A stretch of DNA of 31,908 nucleotides from Fimbriimonadales bacterium (GTDB taxonomy: Bacteria; Armatimonadota; Fimbriimonadia; Fimbriimonadales; GBS-DC): positions 1-31,908 of the forward strand of contig JAOAES010000267.1 of the NCBI GenBank assembly GCA_026416655.1, read 5' to 3'. The notes beneath the pieces are model-generated. The model worked only from the letters and a program-made list of their open reading frames with translations, was not told where the DNA came from and ran no database searches. The stretch's first letter is position 1. Each line of letters begins with the position of its first letter. The translations under genes were made by a program, and so were the position numbers. Of this stretch, positions 23,322 through 31,480 are shown piece by piece.

Positions 23322-24251
23322 CTATTTACGCCATGCGTGTTTCAGCCCACGATGGATGAGTCCTGCAAAAATCGCTGCCAGCAGCAGGTACACAAAACTC
23401 TGTGCAAACCCCCAGCCCATGAACATCAGCCCGTCATAGTAAGAGCCGCCTGTCCAGCTGTCTGTCCACCACCCGCCGTAAGGGGTTGCCAAAGTACCCA
23501 GCTGGCTCGCGGTAAAGAAGGGATTGAGATACATGATAATCCGCGCGTGGAAGAACGAGACAACCCACCAGGAAAAACCATCCCAGTAGCTTACGAGGGA
23601 GTTGACCGTATCATCGCCCATTTCGCCACTGCTAAAAATCACGTAGAGGAGAGGCAGCATTACGAGCACAAAAATCTGTCCGGCGTAGAGGGTGGACGCT
23701 GTGCTGAGCGTACGCTTAAGGCGAAACGAGAGCCACATCCCCAGCGACACAATCAGCGCGCCCCAGCTGAACAACAGAAAGACGCTCGCAGTGAATACAT
23801 ACAGATTAGTGGTCGGCTCCAGTACGGTCGGATGCTCGCCCCTAAGGGAACCAGAGACGTAGACGGCGAGATCGGCGGTTGTGAGCAAAATCGGCAGCGC
23901 GAGCAGGGTGAGGATGCCCACCCGCATCAGCGCCGCGCCCCACTTGCCCCAGAGAATCTCTTTCGCTGTGAGGCGCGTGAGCGCGAGCGACTCCCAGGTC
24001 TGCTTCTCATACTCCAGCGAGAACAGGTTGTACGACATCAGCGGTGCAACAAGGCACATCATGAACAGACAGAGGTAGAGCGCGCTGCTCAACCCCGCCT
24101 CATTATACGCGATGAGCTGAAACACCAGCAGGTAGGTCAGCCCGACGGCGACCGCGACTGTGGTGTAAAGAACTGGCTGTCGCTTCCACCGGTTGACCGT
24201 GAAGCCGAACAGTTGATAGCGCAGCAGGGGGTTTTCCGTGCGAAGTTTCAT
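23322..24251 (-). CDS. ABC-2-type permease subunit
   Basis: About six TM helices and EYEKQTWESLALTRLTAKEILWGKW. Sits between the accessory gene and the ATPase. Confidence 0.8.
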   Translation of the reverse strand: MKLRTENPLLRYQLFGFTVNRWKRQPVLYTTVAVAVGLTYLLVFQLIAYNEAGLSSALYLCLFMMCLVAPLMSYNLFSLEYEKQTWESLALTRLTAKEILWGKWGAALMRVGILTLLALPILLTTADLAVYVSGSLRGEHPTVLEPTTNLYVFTASVFLLFSWGALIVSLGMWLSFRLKRTLSTASTLYAGQIFVLVMLPLLYVIFSSGEMGDDTVNSLVSYWDGFSWWVVSFFHARIIMYLNPFFTASQLGTLATPYGGWWTDSWTGGSYYDGLMFMGWGFAQSFVYLLLAAIFAGLIHRGLKHAWRK

Positions 24252-26203
24252 GGGTTCGTACCCTCCAGCGGGAAACTAATCAGATAGGTTACCTGCGCTG
24301 CTTGTTCCGATGCAGCGTCCACCTCGGGGGGCATCACGGGTTCCGATGCCTGTGCCACCAACACTGCATTCCCCTTGAACTCACGCCGTTGCAACATGAA
24401 GTTCGCCAGCGCATCGGGCGACATCGGGGGCATCTCCCACCAGTTGCTGGAATAATTAGGCAGCCCCATCCTTGTCGGCTCCAGCGATTGACCTGATAAC
24501 CGTACCGAGCCGCGGGCAGGCAGATTCTCTACCTGCACTTTGCCGAAGGGGGTCAGAATATGCACATTGGTCAGCTCGTAGGGTAGGCGGTTGCGCAGCA
24601 CACCTGTCAGGCGCGTCTGCCTGTTACGCCGATCGAGGCGCAAGACTCCCTCGACCTGCCCCTCCAGCCGCACGGTGCGCGTGTAGCGGAACCACTGGAA
24701 GCTCAGGTTTGACACCCGATAATTATCCACGCGCTTGCGGTCGCCCTCCACCGTGCGCACGGTAGGAACCTGCGCCGCGCCCGCGCCAAAATCCTGCCCC
24801 ATGCCTGCTTCCACCATATCGCTCTGGTCAAACTGCAGGTCAAACAGCCCCGCACGGGGAAAGAAGAAGAGCACGCTGTTGATCGCATAGGCGTCAGGGT
24901 TGCCCGCTTGCGCAACGATGACGGTCTGCACCTTGCTGGAGAGCGACTTGCGATACAGATCGCCTGCCAGCCGCCAGAGGATGCCCACAAACACCAGCGC
25001 AATCAGCGGTGTGACAATCCATGCCCAGTCCAGCGCACGCAACCGCTTCAAAACCCAGTAGTTCACAGGCACCACAAGCACGAAATAGAGGCTTAGCAAC
25101 ACGGTAATCAGCGCGACGCTCGGCGGCTTCAACTCGACATCGGTGGTAGCTTGAGGCTGTCCCCACGGGTCTTGCCGGTATCCGCCCTGACTCTGATGAA
25201 TCGCGGCGATGGAAAAACTGGGCGCGAAGCTGGGTGTCTGGTTCAGCAGGCGTTGCCAGAATCGGGCGCGGGCATTATAATCACGCATTGGCGCATCAAG
25301 GGGGTTGAACGCCAGAAAGACCACTGCGCCCAGTCCGTAGGGGCGAATCGCAACCAGGGGCAGTCCGTCCTGCCGCAGTAGTGTCGCGCCCGTTTTCAGG
25401 CTTGCCTGGCTGACAGTCGCCGCGCCGACCGGCGGACGCGCGCCTATCCAGTCGCCGAGGGCGCGCAGCTGGCTCACTGTCTGCGTCCCCTGCGTCTGCA
25501 CAGGCAGCAAGGCTTGCAGTGCAGGGGATTGCAGATACACCGCGCCTGCACCGCCGGGTGCAATCAGCACGCCGCCCAACATCGCCCACTGGCGCAGCGC
25601 GTCCCACTGCTCCGCTCGCAACCGTTCCGAGCCGGGTCCCAGCACAATCACCTGCGCCCCACAAAGTGCAATCGCCTGCTCAGGAAACAGCTCGGGGCGA
25701 CAGTAGGCGACGCGATACTTGCCCTGCATCGGGCGACCCGTGCGGTAGTCAATTTCGGCGGGACTCTCCACCGTCTGCACTTGTTCCAGCACGCCCAGCC
25801 CGCCGATTAAGTCGCCCACCAGCACCGCGAGCTGATCCGTCTCCAGGATGCGTTCAATACTCTGCTTCACCTCGACATTGACGCCGCGTGCCGTGAAACG
25901 CACTGTCGCCTGGTCGCTGTAGCGGCTCACGATGGGCGTGACAATCACGACTTTACGCGAGCCTGCGGGCAGGTCAATCGGGTAGAGATACTCGCGTCGG
26001 TAGCCGAAACCACTCACCAATACGCTCAACGTGCCCTGATAGTTGCCCGCTCGAGACTCCAGCTGAACCGCGAGCGGGAATGCGCCGTTCGCCGCAGGGG
26101 AAGTCCCCAGCAACGGCTGAATTTTCATCTCTACAGGCGGTTGCCCCCACAGCGCAAGGAGCAACGCCCCCCCAAACCCCAAGCAGAACACCCAGCGCAG
26201 CAT
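24248..26203 (-). CDS. Large membrane-anchored ABC-associated protein of unknown function
   Basis: Signal peptide, a large soluble alpha/beta region (LIAPGG, YGLGAVVFLAF), a central TM hairpin (YFVLVVPVNYWVLKR..WAWIVTP) and a C-terminal soluble domain. ATGA overlap with the permease. Confidence 0.75.
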   Translation of the reverse strand: MLRWVFCLGFGGALLLALWGQPPVEMKIQPLLGTSPAANGAFPLAVQLESRAGNYQGTLSVLVSGFGYRREYLYPIDLPAGSRKVVIVTPIVSRYSDQATVRFTARGVNVEVKQSIERILETDQLAVLVGDLIGGLGVLEQVQTVESPAEIDYRTGRPMQGKYRVAYCRPELFPEQAIALCGAQVIVLGPGSERLRAEQWDALRQWAMLGGVLIAPGGAGAVYLQSPALQALLPVQTQGTQTVSQLRALGDWIGARPPVGAATVSQASLKTGATLLRQDGLPLVAIRPYGLGAVVFLAFNPLDAPMRDYNARARFWQRLLNQTPSFAPSFSIAAIHQSQGGYRQDPWGQPQATTDVELKPPSVALITVLLSLYFVLVVPVNYWVLKRLRALDWAWIVTPLIALVFVGILWRLAGDLYRKSLSSKVQTVIVAQAGNPDAYAINSVLFFFPRAGLFDLQFDQSDMVEAGMGQDFGAGAAQVPTVRTVEGDRKRVDNYRVSNLSFQWFRYTRTVRLEGQVEGVLRLDRRNRQTRLTGVLRNRLPYELTNVHILTPFGKVQVENLPARGSVRLSGQSLEPTRMGLPNYSSNWWEMPPMSPDALANFMLQRREFKGNAVLVAQASEPVMPPEVDAASEQAAQVTYLISFPLEGTNP

Positions 26204-26210
26204 GGCGGTA

Positions 26211-26220
26211 ATTCTATACC
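26211..26220 (-). promoter_or_regulatory. -10 element TAGAAT (GGTA-TAGAAT), 7 nt before ATG 26203
   Basis: No SD is present, consistent with a leaderless start of the ABC operon. Confidence 0.55.
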
Positions 26221-26262
26221 CGATGGATAAAGGGATTCCTGCTATCTTGAGAATTTGTATAT

Positions 26263-26387
26263 CGTCGGCGTCCCGCCAACGCTACAAACGCGCCTTGCGT
26301 AGCGTCGGCGTCCCCGCCGACGGTTAAGACAGGATGCTGACGCTACGCGCGACCAATTCGTAGCGTCGGCGTCCCCGCCGACGGTTA
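26263..26387. repeat. BIME/REPIN-like cluster of four GTAG-tagged REP units
   Basis: GTAG-CGTCGGCG-TCCC-CGCCGACG-GTTA at 26299 and 26360 (61-nt period). Inverted partners at 26263-26285 and 26327-26346 (degenerate). Both CTAC-to-GTAG spacers are 13 nt. Confidence 0.85.
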
Positions 26388-27212
26388 CAAATCGACGAAC
26401 CGCACTCTTGCCTCGGGCGTAATCCCCGCCACTGCGCCGCGCGACAGAAACTCCGTAATCGCCCGCCTGCCGCGCTCGCCCATATCCAGGGTCAACTCGT
26501 TCACATACATCCCCACAAAACGGTCGGCGGTTTCGGAGTCAATCCCGCGCCCGAACTGCAGGGCGTACCGCATCGCCTGCTCACGATTCTCCAGCCCTAA
26601 CCGAATGCTCTCGCGGAAGGCGCGAGCGATTTCGCGCTGAACCTCTGCAGGCAGGTCGGCGCGAATCGCATTGATGCCCAGCGGCAGGGGCAAACCGCTC
26701 GTCTGCTCGCCCCACCAGACACCCAAGTCCAGCAACAGATGTAGCCCCGCCTGTCGGTGCGTGAGCTGCCCTTCGTGAATCAGTAGCCCGACGGGAACCT
26801 CACCGCGTTGTACGGCGGGCATAATTGCGTCAAACGGCATCTCCACCGTCTTGGCGTCGCGCAAAAACAGGCGCAACGCCAGATACGCGCTCGTCAGATA
26901 GCCCGGCACGGCAATCGTGTAGTCGCGCAGCTGCGCCAGCGGGATAGGTTCGCGCGCGACGAGCATCGGTCCGTAGCCGTCGCCGAAGCTGCCCCCTTGA
27001 TTCAACACAATATAGCGGTCGGCGACGTAGGCAAGGTTATGTACCGACATCGCCGTGAACTCCAACTTGCCCTCACGTGCCCACTCGTTGAGCGTCTGGA
27101 TCTCGCGCAGCACATGCTCGAACTGCAGGGGCGTCTCCACCAAGCCCTCCGCCAGCGCCCAGAACATGAAGGCGTCGTCGGCGTCGGGGCTATGTCCGAG
27201 TCGGATGGTCAT
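26385..27212 (-). CDS. mqnD: 1,4-dihydroxy-6-naphthoate synthase (futalosine menaquinone pathway)
   Basis: Motifs IRLGHSPDADDAFMF, GSFGDGYGP, GLLIHEGQLT, LPLPLG and FVGMYVNELT. ATG 27212 overlaps the upstream TGA. Confidence 0.9.
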   Translation of the reverse strand: MTIRLGHSPDADDAFMFWALAEGLVETPLQFEHVLREIQTLNEWAREGKLEFTAMSVHNLAYVADRYIVLNQGGSFGDGYGPMLVAREPIPLAQLRDYTIAVPGYLTSAYLALRLFLRDAKTVEMPFDAIMPAVQRGEVPVGLLIHEGQLTHRQAGLHLLLDLGVWWGEQTSGLPLPLGINAIRADLPAEVQREIARAFRESIRLGLENREQAMRYALQFGRGIDSETADRFVGMYVNELTLDMGERGRRAITEFLSRGAVAGITPEARVRFVDL

Positions 27213-27940
27213 CGCGCGCCCTCCGCCGCTTTGGCAAGGGCTTTCTGCTTCGCTTCGTCGAACCCCTGTGCAATCGTGTTGGCGATTTCCTCGTCGTAGA
27301 TAGGGAAAATTTGCACATCGGAACTCTGGAGCATCGAGAATCGGCTGAGCAGCCACCAGCTGCTGGCGACTTCAGGGCTGATAATCGGCGACGCCCAAGG
27401 CTGATCGCCGACCATCAGCAGCAGGCGTTCATCACGGGGTTTTTCACCCAGCGCGCGGAGCTGAGCGACCTGCTCCCGCGCGTAGTTCCATAACCGTGAA
27501 CGCCCCTCACTGGTTAGGCGTAAGTGAACTACATAGAACTTACCCTGCGCCCGCAGCGTCTCCGCCGCACGCTCCTCCACCCAGACCTTCTCAATATGTT
27601 GCTCCGTTAGCACCACCGGCAGCGTGCGGATCACTTCCTCGATGGGCACCCGCTTGAAGTTCTGCTGGTCTTCCGCGCCGAATTCTGGGCGTTCGAAGCC
27701 CACTTCGCGGAGTTGCTCCATCACTTTGGGCACTTCGTGGGTGATGATAACCTTCCAGCGTCGCTCTTCCATCTCCCGCGCGGGGAAGCCAAAAACGGTA
27801 AACTGCGAGGGGCTGAGTTTGCTCAGCTGCATCTGGCTCGCCTGATAGTAGCCGAAGCCGATGTTGCCCAGATAGAGCAGGAGCAACACCCCCACCATAA
27901 TCAGCGCGATTCGCGTCGTCGAACGCTGCCCTGTGCGCAT
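27209..27940 (-). CDS. Membrane-anchored hypothetical protein with a SecDF P1-head-like domain
   Basis: One N-terminal TM helix. VVHLRLTSEGRSRLW...LLLMVGDQPWASPII...DEEIANTIAQ resembles the SecD periplasmic head pattern (from recall). Confidence 0.6.
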   Translation of the reverse strand: MRTGQRSTTRIALIMVGVLLLLYLGNIGFGYYQASQMQLSKLSPSQFTVFGFPAREMEERRWKVIITHEVPKVMEQLREVGFERPEFGAEDQQNFKRVPIEEVIRTLPVVLTEQHIEKVWVEERAAETLRAQGKFYVVHLRLTSEGRSRLWNYAREQVAQLRALGEKPRDERLLLMVGDQPWASPIISPEVASSWWLLSRFSMLQSSDVQIFPIYDEEIANTIAQGFDEAKQKALAKAAEGAR

Positions 27941-27950
27941 AGCGGTAGAA

Positions 27951-27958
27951 AGTATACC
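27951..27958 (-). promoter_or_regulatory. -10 element GG-TATACT, 10 nt before ATG 27940
   Basis: Matches the window-wide motif. Confidence 0.55.
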
Positions 27959-27990
27959 TTGCGGGGGCTTTGCGTCATAGTCTCTACCGG

Positions 27991-30900
27991 TTAGGATATA
28001 TTCAGAGCGGTGCGTATCCTGTTCGCCTCGGACTGGAGGTGGCGCGCGGCTTCCACATTACCTCTCGCCTCTTCCAGAGACGCCCACAGTTCGCAACCTA
28101 TCGCCTGCTGCAGTTGGCGCCCCATTGCACGATTCCGCTGTAACGACTCGGCGAGCGAGTCACGCGCCGCTTCCAGTTCCCCGCGCGCTATCTGTATCTC
28201 GGCAAGGTAGAGCAGTGTCGTGGCAATCCAGGGGCTATTGTCCTGCTCACGCCAAAACGTGAGACACGCTTGCAGCTCCCCAAGCGCGTCGGGGTCGCCT
28301 AACTGGCAGCCCGCATAAGCCCGGTGGGTGCGGGCGAAGTGAAGACGGAACGGATCGCCCTCATCAATGCGCCGTTGGAGTGCGCGGTCGTAATAGGACA
28401 GCGCCTCACGCTTGTCGCCTCGATCGCGCTCTATGTGTCCGCATACTTCCAAAACGAACGCCTCAGAGCGTGCGTTGCTTGTCTCCGCCGTCTGCTGAAC
28501 CAGTTGCAACGCGCCTTCATAGTCATCCTGCAGCCGTCGCAAGTTCGCTTTCAGTGCGATGCTAATCTGCGCCTCTGCGCCTGTCAGGTGCGCCCAGTAC
28601 AGGCTCTCATCGATACGTTGCTCGGCTGCGTGCAGGTGTCCCAGTTGCATCAAGCAGTAGCCTTGTGCCTGCGCCACCGATTGTAGGCGCACACCATCTT
28701 GCAGGCGTGTCGCAATCGCGCCCGATTGCTTTGCCAGCGACAACGCCTCTCCATAGCGTCCGGTTACCATGCAGTGGTCAATCCAGTCGTCCAGCGCGAG
28801 CGCAATCCAGAGTGGGTCGCCCAATCGTTGCGCTGCCTGCGCTGTTGCTTTGAACTGATGATAGGGTGTGGACTCCTCCAGCAGTTCATGGGATAGATAC
28901 CATATAGCGATTCGTCGCCCTGCTACTTGCAGTGCGGGATCGTCAGCATTCAAGGCGCGTTGCGCCGTCTCAGCGCCCCACTGATGGACAAACGCCAGGT
29001 TGTTGGCAACAATAGCCGAATCGACGGCGTGGTAAAGCAACCACGTATGCACTTGGCTCTCAGAGGGTATCAGATCGAGTGCCTTCACGGCGTACTCGTG
29101 TGTATCCGTGTGGCGTTGGGCGTGTCGTGCCCATTCGGCTTGCAGCAGGCGTGCCTGAGCCTGAGCCTCGTGAGGCAGATGGGGTATCAGCCGTTCCAGT
29201 GTGGCTTCTCCAAAGCGGTGCAGGGCGCGAAGCATCCAGTATCGCTGGGTGCAACGGAGCAGCTCGTATGCATGGTGACGCGCACTGTGTGCCTCCGCGA
29301 TTTGCAAGGCTTCCAGCAGGTTCTCGCGCTCGGCATCCCAATACGCTAACCAGCCGTCAAGCCGATCATCGAACTGTTGGGGCGAGCGCGTCTGGGCTTC
29401 GGAAAGGATCCATTCCAGCAGGCGTTGTTGTGCCGCGTGGCGCGATTCGGGTGTGAGCGTTGTGCGGGCGTATTCGCGCAGCGTTTCCAGCATGCTGAGA
29501 CGGCGCACACTACTGCGCTCTGCGCTCTGCAGAAGCCCTGCAGCACGCAGCTGCTCGAGAATAGGCGGTAAGTCGGTATCAGGACAGATTGCCTGCGCCG
29601 CGTCCAGTGTGAAGTCGCCTCTAAACACCGACAGAGCCAACCAGACTTCGCGCTCGGTAGCCTCCAGCGAGCTGACACAAGCTTCCAGCACGGCGTGTAG
29701 ACAACGATGGCGCGCGGGCAAATCGCGTCGTGCGGTCTGCAACCAGCTCAGACGGTCTGTCAGTCGCTGGAGCATCTGCTGTGTGCTGAGGATGCCTGCT
29801 CGCGCTGCCGCCAACTCCAGCGCAAGTGGGATGCCATCCAGCCGACGACAGAGTTCCTCCAGCTGCACGAGACGCTCGGGCGTCAGTCGGAAGTCGGGCG
29901 CGACACGCTGCGCTCGATCGGCAAACAACTGCACCGCAGGCGCGGGCACTCCGTCCTGCTCCGCTTCTACAGCGAGCGGCGCAAGCGCAAGGAGATGCTC
30001 GCCAGCAATCTGGAGTGGCACACGCGAGGTAATCAACAAGCGGATATCAGGAGCGTGCGCTAACAGATCCGCGACCGCCATCGCACCTTCCGGCAATAAC
30101 TGCTCAAAGTTATCTAAGACCAGGATGCCTTGCACTCGCCCTAAGTAGCGCATCGTCTGTTGATACGGGTTAGGGACAGCAGGCAATCCCAGTGCGCACT
30201 GCAGGGTGTTCCAGAGCAGTTCCGGGTTGAGAACCGCTTGGAAGTCCACCCACCAGATGGGCAACGGGTTGCGTGCCCGTACCCTTTGAGCGAATTCCAA
30301 TGCGAGGCGTGTTTTGCCGAAACCTCCCAGCCCCGTGAGCGTGACCAGTCGCGCCTCACCATCGATGAGCCACGCCCAGAGCTGTTCCAGCTCGCGCGTG
30401 CGCCCGTAAAAAGTATCCACGGAGCGCGGCAACCGCAAAGTCGTCGCTTGACTTTCTGTTTGTTGCTTGCGCGGACGTGTGGGGGACTTTGAGGGGTGCT
30501 TGTGTGCATGGAATGTGGTCAGCGATCTTGTTTCGGCGCACTGGCGTCGCAGATTTCGCAGCGCGTCAGGCGGGGGCTCGGTGTAGAGACGCATCCAGTG
30601 TGCCTCGTACTGGTCGCAGACCTGGCGTGCAAGCTCCACGTGTCCTTGCTCGAGATACACCCCGACTAACTGCTCGGTCGCTTGCCAGTCCAGCGGCTCC
30701 CACTGCAGCATCCGGTGGAGCCACACAGGTCGCTGAGTGGGCGAGTCCAGCTGCGTCAGCAAGCGCAGTGCGTTCAGGCATTCCGCTTGGTAGCGCGCCG
30801 CCGCCTCTACCGCCCATGGTTCATAACAGCCCGTGAGCAGCCCGCCCCGATACAGATCTACCGCGCGTTGGAGCCAAGCGATACACTGATCAGGGGCTAC

Positions 30901-31257
30901 CTCCACACCGCTCGCCAGTACCAACGCTTGTTCAAACTGGATCACATCCGTCATGAAATGCTCAGGGTTCAGCGCGACAGTGGCACGATCCGTCTGGATT
31001 AGTTGACCTGCAGGCAAATCCGGTTGCTCCAGCGCGTGGCGTAGCGCGCTGATCGCCACGTTTAGGCTGTGGCGGGCACGCTCGGGTTCGTCATCACCCC
31101 AGAGCAAATCAGCCAGGAATTCACGGGGAAACCGGTGCGGCGGCGTAAGCGCAAGGTACGCCACAAGCAAGCCCGTCTTCGTCGTACGGAAACGACGAAT
31201 AGTCATCTCGCCGCGTTCGAATTCCAGTGTCCCAAAAAGGCGAACATACCAGCTCAA
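27991..31257 (-). CDS. AfsR/SARP-type regulator: winged HTH, BTAD, NB-ARC-like STAND ATPase and TPR
   Basis: HTH region PREFLADLLWGD..ARHSLNVAISALR, Walker A TGLGGFGKT, Walker B LVLDNFE, ITSR, LDGIPLALELAA and C-terminal TPRs. TTG start with a GAAGGGGA RBS. Confidence 0.88.
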   Translation of the reverse strand: MSWYVRLFGTLEFERGEMTIRRFRTTKTGLLVAYLALTPPHRFPREFLADLLWGDDEPERARHSLNVAISALRHALEQPDLPAGQLIQTDRATVALNPEHFMTDVIQFEQALVLASGVEVAPDQCIAWLQRAVDLYRGGLLTGCYEPWAVEAAARYQAECLNALRLLTQLDSPTQRPVWLHRMLQWEPLDWQATEQLVGVYLEQGHVELARQVCDQYEAHWMRLYTEPPPDALRNLRRQCAETRSLTTFHAHKHPSKSPTRPRKQQTESQATTLRLPRSVDTFYGRTRELEQLWAWLIDGEARLVTLTGLGGFGKTRLALEFAQRVRARNPLPIWWVDFQAVLNPELLWNTLQCALGLPAVPNPYQQTMRYLGRVQGILVLDNFEQLLPEGAMAVADLLAHAPDIRLLITSRVPLQIAGEHLLALAPLAVEAEQDGVPAPAVQLFADRAQRVAPDFRLTPERLVQLEELCRRLDGIPLALELAAARAGILSTQQMLQRLTDRLSWLQTARRDLPARHRCLHAVLEACVSSLEATEREVWLALSVFRGDFTLDAAQAICPDTDLPPILEQLRAAGLLQSAERSSVRRLSMLETLREYARTTLTPESRHAAQQRLLEWILSEAQTRSPQQFDDRLDGWLAYWDAERENLLEALQIAEAHSARHHAYELLRCTQRYWMLRALHRFGEATLERLIPHLPHEAQAQARLLQAEWARHAQRHTDTHEYAVKALDLIPSESQVHTWLLYHAVDSAIVANNLAFVHQWGAETAQRALNADDPALQVAGRRIAIWYLSHELLEESTPYHQFKATAQAAQRLGDPLWIALALDDWIDHCMVTGRYGEALSLAKQSGAIATRLQDGVRLQSVAQAQGYCLMQLGHLHAAEQRIDESLYWAHLTGAEAQISIALKANLRRLQDDYEGALQLVQQTAETSNARSEAFVLEVCGHIERDRGDKREALSYYDRALQRRIDEGDPFRLHFARTHRAYAGCQLGDPDALGELQACLTFWREQDNSPWIATTLLYLAEIQIARGELEAARDSLAESLQRNRAMGRQLQQAIGCELWASLEEARGNVEAARHLQSEANRIRTALNIS

Positions 31258-31309
31258 CCAGATCCCCTTCTATGCGCCCACACCGACGCAATCAGTGCTA
31301 TTTTTGAGA

Positions 31310-31352
31310 ATTATACCACATATAACCACACCCACGAGTCGTCGGGTATACT
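31310..31352. promoter_or_regulatory. Divergent promoters: extended -10 TGG-TATAAT (minus, SARP gene) and GG-TATACT (plus, rpsB)
   Basis: -10 hexamers at 31310-31315 (minus) and 31347-31352 (plus). Confidence 0.65.
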
Positions 31353-31362
31353 CTATGCTACT

Positions 31363-31475
31363 ACATACCGCGCCCGACGCGCCAGGGTGTCTCAGCGAGC
31401 GTTCTCGGCAGATGCCGATGCTACGGCTGAGATCGTAAGCGCGGAAGACGGTGCGGGAGGAACGAACCCGGAGGC
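31363..31475 (+). promoter_or_regulatory. rpsB 5' leader (t44-like S2 autoregulatory RNA)
   Basis: Sits directly upstream of rpsB. Stems CCGCGCC/GGTGCGG and TCTCAGC/GCTGAGA, a GGGT motif before the inner stem, and a GGAGG..AACCC tail. Needs an Rfam check. Confidence 0.65.
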
Positions 31476-31480
31476 AACCA

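Noticed and set aside
26263-26387. CRISPR array
   Set aside because: Units alternate in orientation, spacers are only 13 nt, and there are no cas genes. This fits REP/BIME structure.
2079-27356. ORF-track N-terminal extensions of nadE (2117), thiS (3481), rfbB (4078), DASS (14366), cdsA (15241), the 82-aa gene (19109), rhodanese (21930) and mqnD (27356)
   Set aside because: They overlap neighbouring genes or promoters. Downstream starts fit family N-termini and RBS or -10 geometry better.
27991-31257. Anti-phage NLR/Avs defence protein
   Set aside because: The N-terminus is a wHTH-BTAD transcription activator module, not a nuclease, TIR or sirtuin effector, and there is no defence-island context.
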